Origin: a virus
Lineage: Duplodnaviria > Caudoviricetes
IMG/VR virus record: IMGVR_UViG_3300021957_000041
Span: 1-58,687 of that record
Length of the DNA stretch: 58,687 nt
Reading direction: 5' to 3' (one strand)
How positions within the stretch are numbered: position 1 is the stretch's first letter; every line of letters starts with the position of its first letter. Under the pieces are notes generated by a model that was not told the origin of the DNA, did not search any database, and saw only the letters and a list, made by a program, of their open reading frames with translations. The position numbers were made by a program, and so were the translations under genes. Of this stretch, positions 30,669 through 39,932 are shown one piece after another.

Positions 30669-31563
30669 AAAAAAAGTCGACCCCTAATGGGATCGTCATC
30701 CTTTCCGTATATCCGGTGTCTTCCGACTCAAAGTTAAATGTCATATCCAAGTCAGGAGTATTTCCCTTGATATGCTCACGAAATGCCAAACTATCACGTG
30801 CAAGCAACTCTTTGTCTACAAAACTTTTGATTCGTGCACGATCATCGTCACCATCCAATGCTTTGATAACATATTTTAAACGAGTGGTAACTTCAGAAGT
30901 TTCATTTTTATTTTTAGAGAACTTCTTCAGTCCTTTCATTTCTGCATCAATTGCTTGTTCATCACGATGTGTTAACAATGACCAATGCACTACTCGTTCA
31001 CTGTGTGGCAATGTATATTCAAAAATGTTTTCACCACGTGTATATTGATTAAAGTCAATTTCACGAGGATCTAATTGTGTGAGGTCAATGGAATCTTCTA
31101 CATCGTCACCCGTGGATGGGTCTTTAAACTTAATTTTGTAATCTTTACCATAAGCAAGAACACGAGCCGCAATAAAAATAGCATTTTTATCACCAACTAA
31201 AATGTCGTCTAACTTTACACCAGGTGTAATAATAAGTTGCTCAAGTAGTTTATCAAGAACGATGCCCTTTTTAATTAAGTTTTGACTTGTAAGAATATCT
31301 TCTTCTTTTGCAGTCATGTACTTAATGTCAATACGACCACTTGCAAGTGGACTTGATTGATCGTAGAACCAACCTTTACTTGGTAAATCTACCACTTCAC
31401 TTGGATACTCAGTTTTTTGAACTGCATCTGATTGTTGAAAAGCATTTTGTTCGGGTGTGCGAACTTGCTTGGTTGATTTAGTTGTTGTATCAGTTGTTGG
31501 TACATCACTTTGCATTGCTTGACGTACTTCCTCTGGGATTTTAATACTATCTTCGTTTTCCAT
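30649..31563 (-). CDS. Tail assembly chaperone / baseplate hub assembly protein (gp26-like)
   Basis: VDLPSKGWFY, YMTAKEEDIL, LVGDKNAIFIAARVLAYG, C-terminal IPLGVDFFYP. Lies between the tube and tape measure genes. Confidence 0.85.
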   Translation of the reverse strand: MENEDSIKIPEEVRQAMQSDVPTTDTTTKSTKQVRTPEQNAFQQSDAVQKTEYPSEVVDLPSKGWFYDQSSPLASGRIDIKYMTAKEEDILTSQNLIKKGIVLDKLLEQLIITPGVKLDDILVGDKNAIFIAARVLAYGKDYKIKFKDPSTGDDVEDSIDLTQLDPREIDFNQYTRGENIFEYTLPHSERVVHWSLLTHRDEQAIDAEMKGLKKFSKNKNETSEVTTRLKYVIKALDGDDDRARIKSFVDKELLARDSLAFREHIKGNTPDLDMTFNFESEDTGYTERMTIPLGVDFFYPSTGV

Positions 31564-31654
31564 AAAATTATAACCTTTTTAAAATATTAGTATAATATAT
31601 ACCAATATATATACATATTCAAGAATAAAAGTTTTTGAAAGAAAAATGTATAAA

Positions 31655-31996
31655 TTAAATGTCAGACAATGCAAATTTTAAAATTTTGTCATGGTCTTTG
31701 TAACTAAAGAAATCACTTTTCTTTTTACCTTTCCATGTTTTATTTGCAGTCACACCTAATTTCATGTCGTTGAAAATAATTTTCTTTCCACTTCCTGTTT
31801 TGAATACCATTCGTCCTGCGTTGGTATCAATGTCATAATTTCTTAGAAATTTTCCACCTTTTGCTTGTTTAATCAAGAAACCAGCAAGTTTGGCATATGC
31901 ACTACTCAATCCTTCTAATTGAAGTTCGTTTGCTTTCTCACTTTTAATTTCTTCAAAAAGTGACAATATTTCGTTTCTAAGTTTTTCAGATTTCAT
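31655..31996 (-). CDS. Hypothetical protein (113 aa)
   Basis: ORF with its own TATTTAT motif 6 nt upstream. N-terminal KLRNEILSLFEE helix. Confidence 0.7.
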   Translation of the reverse strand: MKSEKLRNEILSLFEEIKSEKANELQLEGLSSAYAKLAGFLIKQAKGGKFLRNYDIDTNAGRMVFKTGSGKKIIFNDMKLGVTANKTWKGKKKSDFFSYKDHDKILKFALSDI

Positions 31997-32020
31997 ACTA
32001 TCATAAATATATACGTAAAC

Positions 32021-32050
32021 AAAAAAAAACTCCCATACGGGAGTTTTTTT
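32021..32050. terminator. Intrinsic terminator after the tail tube gene (bidirectional form)
   Basis: AAAAAAACTCCC-ATAC-GGGAGTTTTTTT. Confidence 0.85.
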
Positions 32051-32074
32051 AAATACAACCAGTTTTTTGTTTTC

Positions 32075-32566
32075 TTAGTATTGAAGAATTGCGTAATCAT
32101 ACGCAACAGTCAATTCTACATTCAACGGATCACCTGTTGACCAATCTAATGTTCCGAAGTTAACTGCGGTGCAGAACGCACCTTTAATTGTCCATTCTTC
32201 AACCTTATCACCGACAGGTCCAAGAAGATTAATTGTTAAGTCTTTCTTATAGAAGTCGGCATAACCATTTCTACCGGTTACAGACTCATGGGAAAGACGA
32301 ATCCATTCCATTGCAGCCTGAGAAGCACTAGGTACAACCGGATCATAAAGTGTCATTGTGATGTCCTGCCATTCTGCTTTACCACCACGGAGTTTTCTTT
32401 TGATATTGATGTGATCAATTGTCACAGGATCAATATTGAGGTTAGGACGTGTAACAGACTTGATGATGTATGCTGGTAATCCATCCATATACATGATAAA
32501 TCTGTTTGCGGTTTTCGGTTCAAATGCCGTAAAGAACATTTCGTTTACATCTATTACTTCTGCCAT
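32075..32566 (-). CDS. Tail tube protein (gp19-like)
   Basis: FEPKTANRF, WQDITMTLYDP, LLGPVGDKVEEWTIKGAF and LTVAYDYA. GGAG RBS. Confidence 0.92.
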   Translation of the reverse strand: MAEVIDVNEMFFTAFEPKTANRFIMYMDGLPAYIIKSVTRPNLNIDPVTIDHINIKRKLRGGKAEWQDITMTLYDPVVPSASQAAMEWIRLSHESVTGRNGYADFYKKDLTINLLGPVGDKVEEWTIKGAFCTAVNFGTLDWSTGDPLNVELTVAYDYAILQY

Positions 32567-32686
32567 TGTTATTTCTCCAAATTTTGTTAGGTTGTAATTT
32601 CTTTAAATAAATATTGTTGAGTTTTTTGAAAAGTCGTTTTTCAATAAAACATTATACATAAATAGTAAATTAAATAAAAAATATAT

Positions 32687-33394
32687 TTATTTATTTTTTT
32701 CCTTCGTCAACTTCTTTCCAACAAGTTTTGCGGAACCGTATACAACTGCACCAATAAATTGCAAATGTTGTGGTCCTGGCCATGGAAATGATAATCCAAG
32801 AACTCCAGTTGCAAACAAAGTTAATAATGCCATTCCTTCGGGTCCTGCAAATAATGTAGATAATGTAAAACCACCACCCAATGCCATTATCATATCTCCC
32901 ATATCAAAGTCATAATCTGCATTACCTGTGAATGTCATATTTAACCAAATGTATACTAATATACCAGCAACTGCTAATCCTGCGATTCTTTTTGTTTTAG
33001 GATGCTTTGCTAAAAACGCATCCAATTCTTTTAGTTTTTCTTCAGTCCACTTACCGACCTTGGTACTTGCTATATATTCACCTATTACTTTTATGACTTG
33101 CTTGTATGCTTTGAATCCTGCTTTAACTAACTTAAAAAGATAATCCATGCTGAATTTTATCTTCGCAAAAAATTTAAATACACTTTTATCTTTAAACAAA
33201 CTCAATAAGTCTTTTAGTTTTATAGATAACTTATTTTTTAAATCTTGTACGAATCCCCAAATCTTTTTTAATTTACCGGGTATTGCAATTTCATTTATCA
33301 AATAAGGATTTTCTGTGAGTTTATGTTCGTTCACAAAGTTCACAAATTCTTTGTATTGAATATCAATTACAATGTCTGTTAAATCGTTGTTCAT
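32687..33394 (-). CDS. Hypothetical membrane protein (235 aa)
   Basis: Hydrophobic segments IAGLAVAGILVYIWL, GMALLTLFATGVLGLSFPW and FIGAVVYG. Own TATTTATA motif upstream. Confidence 0.75.
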   Translation of the reverse strand: MNNDLTDIVIDIQYKEFVNFVNEHKLTENPYLINEIAIPGKLKKIWGFVQDLKNKLSIKLKDLLSLFKDKSVFKFFAKIKFSMDYLFKLVKAGFKAYKQVIKVIGEYIASTKVGKWTEEKLKELDAFLAKHPKTKRIAGLAVAGILVYIWLNMTFTGNADYDFDMGDMIMALGGGFTLSTLFAGPEGMALLTLFATGVLGLSFPWPGPQHLQFIGAVVYGSAKLVGKKLTKEKNK

Positions 33395-33415
33395 TCTTTA
33401 TAAATATATACATAC

Positions 33416-33445
33416 AAAAAAACCCTTCCGAAGAAGGGTTTTTTT
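33416..33445. terminator. Intrinsic terminator after the tail sheath gene
   Basis: AAAAAAACCCTTC-CGAA-GAAGGGTTTTTTT. Confidence 0.85.
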
Positions 33446-33467
33446 ATTTTTAAGTTATAGTTTTATC

Positions 33468-36257
33468 TTATCCAAAAGATGCACCAGTTGCTTGTACGTT
33501 GAAATCAAGTATGATGAATTCTACCGCACGTGCTGGTTGCAAGAAGATTTGTCCGTAAAGAATATTTCTGTCAATCAAGTCAGGAGTATTGTTTGATTCG
33601 TCCATGATAACATTGAACGCATACAAACCTTGTCTTTGTTGAACACCTTCTAAGTATGGATTAACGATACCCAAGAACTTATTACGAGTAGCAGCCGTAT
33701 TTTGTTCGAATAACAAATAACGTGATGTACTTGCAATAAACTTCTTAAGAGTAATCAAGAGACGTCTAACATTGATTCTGTCAAGTGCAGATGCTCTTCT
33801 TTGAAGTGTCTTTTGACCGAATGCTACGATACCTTGACCAGGGAATTGAGCAATAGGATTAACCTTACCTTCATAGAGAGTATCTCTTTCTGCAAATGTA
33901 AGACGATCCATTACACTAACTGCACCTTCAAGACCCCCACGATTTAAACCGGCAGGAGCAAACCACTCAGCAGCGGTTTTATCATTGGCGGCATAAACTG
34001 CTGGCATAACTGCACTTGGTGGGAATACTTGCAACGCATTAGTAGCAGGATCAATAATCTTAACCCAAGGATAATATGTTGCGGCGTAATTACTATCAAT
34101 TGTAGATGCCATTGTTACTGCTTCATCAACAAGTCCAGGTTGACCAAGTGCTTGAACACAATCAAGAATGTAGAAACAATCTTCACGAGTTTCACATAAG
34201 TCAACACCCATGTTGATAACACTTCTGTGTAAGTCTAGTGAAAGACCAGGTGTTACGAGAAGGTTGATATCGAATTCATCTTGGTTACTAAGTGCTTTAA
34301 ATGCTCTTTCGTATGACTGAGTACCAGTACTGAAACGTTTACTACAATCCATACCTTGAACATTGTCAGAACGAATGTCTTCACCTAACATAACAGGAAG
34401 AACAGGAGAATCTCCGTCTTCACCACCTTGGAAACCAACCAAGAATCTACGATGTCCACGTGCGTCTGATTCAGCATTAGCACTTGATGGAACAGTTGGA
34501 ATTGGTTCAAAAGTTTCTGTTGTAAGAATTCCATCAATATCAATTGTGATTGTACCAGGTTGATCCATAAAGAAACCTTGTCCGGCGGAACCAGGTAATG
34601 TATCAGGATCATTTGGATCACCAGGAATTGGTGAAAACAACTCACGGGTATCTTTACTCCACTCAGGAAGTTTGATAACTCCGTCTGGGGAAGTTTCATT
34701 GAAAACTGCTCCACAGAAGTATCTTTTAGGAACACGTGAATATTGAGAAGCATACGAGTATTGTGGTTCTGGTAAATCTATACCACCACCAAATGGACAT
34801 TGATATGCTTGGTGACCATATGGCATTGATTGTGTTGGTGCTACACTTTGCTTTGGCAATTCAACACGAATCCAATCACTTCCATTTGGATAGTCACCAC
34901 GTTCAATAACTTTACCCATTTCATTGATGTATGTAAAACGATCACCGAGAATACGAGGAAGATATCTTGCGTTCAATGGATCAAGTGTTACATCTCTAAA
35001 TTCTTCAATAACATCTTGAGTTTTGTCGTCATCATTAAAACCACGAACTACAACACTAAATGTACCATACTCAGTACCATCAAGAGTTCCAGGTGTTTTA
35101 ACATTGTAAATACCAACTTTAATTTCACGGTTAGCAGATTGACCATAACTACGAGTATGAAATCTAAACAACTCATAACGTGAACCACTGATTTCTTGTG
35201 ACATAATCCAAGGTGTAGTAGCAGGACGACAAGCGTGTGCTCCTTTTCCTGCTCCGTCGAATGGAGGATATGCATAATCAGAATCTTGATAATTTACAAT
35301 TCCATCTCCATCAGCATCACCCAATTGATGTGAGAAGTTTAAGAATTTACTATCAACTTCAATTGAGATTTGGTATTTTGCACTATGATTCCAAATCAAA
35401 TCATAAATTAAATTTTGTGTACTTTCAAAGTATGATGTAAAATAAGCAGGTTTTACATTTCTTTGAGGTGCACGACCAAAAATGTTTTGCAAACTATTTG
35501 GTGAACTTGGATCAATGCTGAAATTAAATGTTCCCAAATCAGTTGGTGCTAACACATTATTACCACTTGCACTATCTTGCTCATTGAATACTTGTCTTAA
35601 AACTAATTGTCCAGATAAATTATCTTCGTCTACATCGAGGTAAGAAACTTTGTTTCCATCTGCATCATTTAAGTATGAACCATAAAATCCGATACTTGTT
35701 TGACGTGGAGATGCTAAATCAGTTTTGAGAATCAATGATCCATCTTCATTCTTTTCTTTTAAAGTATTTGCCAAAATACCGATGATTGCTTCTTGTGGAA
35801 CATCACCAACTGCAACTTCACCTTCATTAAGGATGTTATTTTTCTTTTCTCTTTGTCTAACACCTTCTGCTTTATCTTCGTCTTTATCAGACTGAATAAG
35901 TTCTTGAATTTCTGCGTCTGTTAAATAATCGTTATCTAAACTTCCTGATACATAACTTGCTTTAATCGCAAGAGCATTTTCGTTGTACCAACCTTCAAGA
36001 GCACCAGTTCTTACGATTGTGACTACTCCTTGTTGAAGAAGATATTCACGTGCGGTGTATGGTTGGTAATATATACCTTGAGGTACACCGAAAAGTGCCT
36101 CTAATTGATTAATGCTAGTTACAATAGTTGGTGAGAATGCGGGACCTTTTGTGAAAGGGCCTACAATCGCACCACCAATTGCACCAATTCCTTCTACCAA
36201 GAATGATGAATCGATTTCATTGGTGAAAACTGCCGGACTTACTATACGTTCTGCCAT
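33468..36257 (-). CDS. Tail sheath protein (gp18-like)
   Basis: SPAVFTNEID, GPFTKGPAF, YAATYYPW, WFAPAGLNRG, GQKTLQ, LDRINVRRLL and QPARAVEFIILDF. Confidence 0.96.
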   Translation of the reverse strand: MAERIVSPAVFTNEIDSSFLVEGIGAIGGAIVGPFTKGPAFSPTIVTSINQLEALFGVPQGIYYQPYTAREYLLQQGVVTIVRTGALEGWYNENALAIKASYVSGSLDNDYLTDAEIQELIQSDKDEDKAEGVRQREKKNNILNEGEVAVGDVPQEAIIGILANTLKEKNEDGSLILKTDLASPRQTSIGFYGSYLNDADGNKVSYLDVDEDNLSGQLVLRQVFNEQDSASGNNVLAPTDLGTFNFSIDPSSPNSLQNIFGRAPQRNVKPAYFTSYFESTQNLIYDLIWNHSAKYQISIEVDSKFLNFSHQLGDADGDGIVNYQDSDYAYPPFDGAGKGAHACRPATTPWIMSQEISGSRYELFRFHTRSYGQSANREIKVGIYNVKTPGTLDGTEYGTFSVVVRGFNDDDKTQDVIEEFRDVTLDPLNARYLPRILGDRFTYINEMGKVIERGDYPNGSDWIRVELPKQSVAPTQSMPYGHQAYQCPFGGGIDLPEPQYSYASQYSRVPKRYFCGAVFNETSPDGVIKLPEWSKDTRELFSPIPGDPNDPDTLPGSAGQGFFMDQPGTITIDIDGILTTETFEPIPTVPSSANAESDARGHRRFLVGFQGGEDGDSPVLPVMLGEDIRSDNVQGMDCSKRFSTGTQSYERAFKALSNQDEFDINLLVTPGLSLDLHRSVINMGVDLCETREDCFYILDCVQALGQPGLVDEAVTMASTIDSNYAATYYPWVKIIDPATNALQVFPPSAVMPAVYAANDKTAAEWFAPAGLNRGGLEGAVSVMDRLTFAERDTLYEGKVNPIAQFPGQGIVAFGQKTLQRRASALDRINVRRLLITLKKFIASTSRYLLFEQNTAATRNKFLGIVNPYLEGVQQRQGLYAFNVIMDESNNTPDLIDRNILYGQIFLQPARAVEFIILDFNVQATGASFG

Positions 36258-36357
36258 CTTTGGGTTTCTCCTATATTGAGTTGTTAATGGTTAAAATGTG
36301 AAACTTTAAAAATAAATATACGCAAAAAATTCCAAAATTAAATATTTATCTAAAATA

Positions 36358-36636
36358 CTAACTTTTAAGATAAATTCCAGAAGAAATATCCAAATCCCCC
36401 GCACCGTACTTCTTAGTTAGTCTATCCGAGAAAATTTTCTCTTTGTTTTTAAAGTGAGCAAGTGATTCTTTATATTTTTTCTTGGTATTTTTTAATGACT
36501 TTAATTCTTCTTTTAAACTAACTTCGTTTACTAGAAGTTCACCCATTGATAATAGCAAAGTTTGATATTCTGCATTTAGTTCGACTAATTCAGATTTTTC
36601 GTCATCGGTAATTTTACATTGATTATTATTTTCCAT
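36358..36636 (-). CDS. Small coiled-coil hypothetical protein
   Basis: Heptad pattern ending LTKKYGAGDLDISSG. Preceded by TTGAAT-17-TACTAT (36670-36642). Confidence 0.75.
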   Translation of the reverse strand: MENNNQCKITDDEKSELVELNAEYQTLLLSMGELLVNEVSLKEELKSLKNTKKKYKESLAHFKNKEKIFSDRLTKKYGAGDLDISSGIYLKS

Positions 36637-36678
36637 AATTTATAGTATCAAATAAATTACACTAATTCAATTAAAATA

Positions 36679-37926
36679 TTAAATAAATTCTATTATTATT
36701 GTACCCATTTCTTGCTGAGTAGTTATATTAAAAACTTTACCATTTTCATGTTCTATTGTATGAGTTTCGTTTGGTAACAATCCAATTTCATTTGTTCCCA
36801 CATCCCATAATATAGAATTCGTTAATTCATTTATATAAATTGGATAATTTCTTCCTTCTATGTTTATTACATATTCTTCAACATCGTTCCAAATTCTTAT
36901 TATAAATTTATTAGAATCTTGATGTCGTAGATATACTTTTTTTGTTTTTCTATTTAATAAAAGTTGTTTCTCAAATGTATTTTGTTTTGCCTTGTGAGAA
37001 ATTTCTAACTCTCGTTGCGTACTTTCCGTTTTATTATCCAATGAGTTTATACTTTCTATTTCAGTTCCCCATAATACTTTTCTTGTACTTAATCCTCTTT
37101 GTACATTTGTTTTATTGTTAAATACCAATGGAAGTAAATAAGCATTTACAGTTAATGTAAATGTTGAATTAACTGATCTATCGTCATCACTTGGAACTTC
37201 AACTGAGTTTGAAAATGAATCTATATTCGAACGGAACTTAAATCGGGTAGGATCACCCCAATAATCATTATCAGCAAAACTTATAGTTTCAATTAATTGA
37301 TTCATTTGCTGAACATATTCGGTGTTCATTGTAAACTCATATGTTAAAACTACATGATCGGGAAATGTAACATTATGCACCTCGTGTAATGGTTGTGCTT
37401 GATTAAGTAAACTTAGTCTATCGTATGTGTTTTTGCTACTAAATTTTTTAACAAATGGAGTTGTTAAGTATCTATTGAATGTAACAAATGTATCATCCTT
37501 TGCTACACCAGTTCGTGTAAAAATTATTACAGGCCTTTGTAACTGACCTTTGTCATCACGATATCTACCATCACTTTGAATTGAACTCCATCTTTCAGGA
37601 GAAGCATGACGAACAGGTACACTTACTTTTGTATTGTTTGTATCTGTTACAGATGGATTTATTACTTTTGTAAAATATTCATAAATAATATTATCAATGT
37701 CAACCAATGTAATTGCATAATTACCAAATGTTTTAACATCATCTCCCCATCTCAATTTTTCCGCACGATTATCAGAATATAAAGCATGATCAGACTTTTT
37801 AAGATTAGACATATTGGGATCATTGGAAACATTAGGAACGTCTTTACTTAAATCTACAGTAAATTCTTTGTCAGTTTTATGATTCCGCAAAGTAATAAAA
37901 GGATTATTTACATCAGCATAGTCCAT
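36679..37926 (-). CDS. Tail terminator / sheath stabilizer (gp15-like) with C-terminal extension
   Basis: ITLVDIDNII, VPVRHASPERW, PDHVVLTYEF, QMNQLIE and FTLTVNAYLLP. Follows the neck genes. Confidence 0.7.
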   Translation of the reverse strand: MDYADVNNPFITLRNHKTDKEFTVDLSKDVPNVSNDPNMSNLKKSDHALYSDNRAEKLRWGDDVKTFGNYAITLVDIDNIIYEYFTKVINPSVTDTNNTKVSVPVRHASPERWSSIQSDGRYRDDKGQLQRPVIIFTRTGVAKDDTFVTFNRYLTTPFVKKFSSKNTYDRLSLLNQAQPLHEVHNVTFPDHVVLTYEFTMNTEYVQQMNQLIETISFADNDYWGDPTRFKFRSNIDSFSNSVEVPSDDDRSVNSTFTLTVNAYLLPLVFNNKTNVQRGLSTRKVLWGTEIESINSLDNKTESTQRELEISHKAKQNTFEKQLLLNRKTKKVYLRHQDSNKFIIRIWNDVEEYVINIEGRNYPIYINELTNSILWDVGTNEIGLLPNETHTIEHENGKVFNITTQQEMGTIIIEFI

Positions 37927-38394
37927 TTATTGAGTCCTCGGTAAAATATTCAATTTACTTTTACGTGTCATATGTGCATTACAAAGTAAACTATAATTCT
38001 TTTCTGGTTGACCACCTAAAAATTGATTTTCAACAATATTGGAAATTTCAAAGAAAGCATTTTCCCACATCACAATGTCACCAATTTCAGGATACAAATC
38101 TTTATTTTCACATAACTTTTGATGAAATCTAAATATAGTACCTTTCTTCACATCTGGTCCAAATCCTTCATAACTTGTTGTTTGAGGATCAGATTCTACT
38201 AAGCATGATGTTTCTATACCAGGATAATAAACTTTATCCATTGCTTCTCCATAGATAGTAGACTTGGTCTGACTTGGATTTATTTTATATACAACGATTA
38301 TTTGTTCTATAATATTCAGCATCAATTCACCGTTTAAACTATTCATAAAACGGACATCTCTTCGTGAATAGTATCTACCCTTTGACCTTTCCAT
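37927..38394 (-). CDS. Neck / head-closure protein (gp14-like)
   Basis: STIYGEA, YPEIGDIVMW and FEISNIVENQ. Synteny between the gp13-like and gp15-like genes. Confidence 0.7.
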   Translation of the reverse strand: MERSKGRYYSRRDVRFMNSLNGELMLNIIEQIIVVYKINPSQTKSTIYGEAMDKVYYPGIETSCLVESDPQTTSYEGFGPDVKKGTIFRFHQKLCENKDLYPEIGDIVMWENAFFEISNIVENQFLGGQPEKNYSLLCNAHMTRKSKLNILPRTQ

Positions 38395-39839
38395 TATCCT
38401 ATGTATAAAAAGTTTGGTACTTTCTTTAGATTTTCTTGTAAATTATCCGACACTTGATTTAATTGCTCACTTGTCGTACTACGACTTGTTACTTCAAGGT
38501 CTTCTCTTAATTCGGTAATTAAAGTTTCTTTTTCTTGTTGTGCTTCTGCTCTCAACTCAGCACCATCAAGTGATGTCTCTCCTCCAGGAATCGGAATACT
38601 TTGATATTTTGCACGAATTGCCCCAAGAAGTTCTTTACACAACGATAAATAATATTTCATTATCCATCGTTTTCCTACATCGTTAATTGTTCCGAAACTA
38701 TGAAATTCATATGGAGCATTACTTACATCTGTTACATTTGTATCAAGACTTGATGGTGGTAACTTTTGATCACTCAAAACTGCGTCAGACGAATTATTTG
38801 CTGAATTCGTTTGTTCAGTTGTAGAATTTTGAGCACCATCTAGTCCTTTTTGTGTTTCTGTTGCAACTACTTGCTGAGTTGTTTCCTCGGTAACTTGAGT
38901 TTGAGTTTTTGGCATTGTGTTGAATTCATCCGCATCTACATATCCTTGGATGGCTGCTAAATCTCTTTCTCGTTTATACACATAATCAAACCATAAAGTA
39001 AAATCTTTTTGTGGAACAGGAAGTAAGGTCAATTTATTATTAATAACCTCAAATCCATATGCACTTCTTCTCACTTGTTCATTAAACTCAATTGCTTGTA
39101 AACGCATTAAATCTTCATTAACAGGACGAAGTAAAAATTGAGTTCCTATTGGTGACATTCCATTCCAATTAAATTCACTTAGCAAATTAGAAAATGACAT
39201 ACCAGAGTTTGCCATTGGATCATATATTTTATTCATCGCAGGGGGAGGATGATGCCATATTCTTTTAACTTCAATTCTTTCTAATTTCTTTTCACCTGTT
39301 TTTGGACAAATGTAATACTGATTAAATAATCCTTGCAAATCATAAGTTTGTACTCCTGCTTTTACTTTCAAACTTGCTTTTCTCCAATCTACATTACCAC
39401 CAACTCCAACTTCTGCACCATATGCTTCCGACAATTTTAAATAAAATGGAAGTGGTTGTGTATTCATTACAGTTGTGGTCAAATTAACACTTGTGGAAGT
39501 TCCTTTTAAACTATATAAATTTTGTTTAATTGAGAATTGATTTACTTGTGAACTATATTCTGTTATTGCCTCTTCAAAACACGCATAAAATTGAACATCA
39601 ATCATTTCCACATCTACGATAGGAAATCCAAGGCGTTTCGCAGCCCAATCGGCAGCCCTTGGAGCAAATCCAACAAACGCAGGATCAGCATCAAAAAAAC
39701 CGAAAGGAGTTTTACCTATTGGTGAACTAAGTTTTCCATCCCATCTTACTCGTTCTAGTTCAACATTTTCAATTTGTTCGGTTTCTTGTACTTCTTCTAC
39801 ATTCTCTTCAGCATTCTCTTCAATGTTCTCGTCGTCCAT
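38394..39839 (-). CDS. Neck / head-tail adaptor protein (gp13-like)
   Basis: RLGFPIVDVEM, CFEEAITEYS, WIMKYYLSLCKELLGAIRAKY and LDGAELRAEAQQEKE. Confidence 0.8.
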   Translation of the reverse strand: MDDENIEENAEENVEEVQETEQIENVELERVRWDGKLSSPIGKTPFGFFDADPAFVGFAPRAADWAAKRLGFPIVDVEMIDVQFYACFEEAITEYSSQVNQFSIKQNLYSLKGTSTSVNLTTTVMNTQPLPFYLKLSEAYGAEVGVGGNVDWRKASLKVKAGVQTYDLQGLFNQYYICPKTGEKKLERIEVKRIWHHPPPAMNKIYDPMANSGMSFSNLLSEFNWNGMSPIGTQFLLRPVNEDLMRLQAIEFNEQVRRSAYGFEVINNKLTLLPVPQKDFTLWFDYVYKRERDLAAIQGYVDADEFNTMPKTQTQVTEETTQQVVATETQKGLDGAQNSTTEQTNSANNSSDAVLSDQKLPPSSLDTNVTDVSNAPYEFHSFGTINDVGKRWIMKYYLSLCKELLGAIRAKYQSIPIPGGETSLDGAELRAEAQQEKETLITELREDLEVTSRSTTSEQLNQVSDNLQENLKKVPNFLYIG

Positions 39840-39842
39840 GTC

Positions 39843-39850
39843 TATAAATA
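39843..39850 (-). promoter_or_regulatory. Representative copy of the recurrent TATTTAT(A) upstream motif (putative late promoter)
   Basis: Same motif (ATAAATA on +) at about 678, 5711, 11820, 30400, 32003, 32607, 32658, 33399, 36312, 42813, 47837, 47848, 52033 and 58449, with variant TACTTAT at 45532. All are intergenic and upstream of minus-strand starts. Confidence 0.7.
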
Positions 39851-39876
39851 TACACTAATTATAGTAATCGTTATAA

Positions 39877-39907
39877 AATAAAAGAGGGGTTCAAAAGAAC
39901 CCCTCTT
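39877..39907 (-). terminator. Intrinsic terminator after the major capsid gene
   Basis: AAGAGGGGTTC-AAAA-GAACCCCTCTT, with a T-run on the minus strand. Confidence 0.85.
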
Positions 39908-39932
39908 AAATTTTGTGTTATCCCTAACAGAA

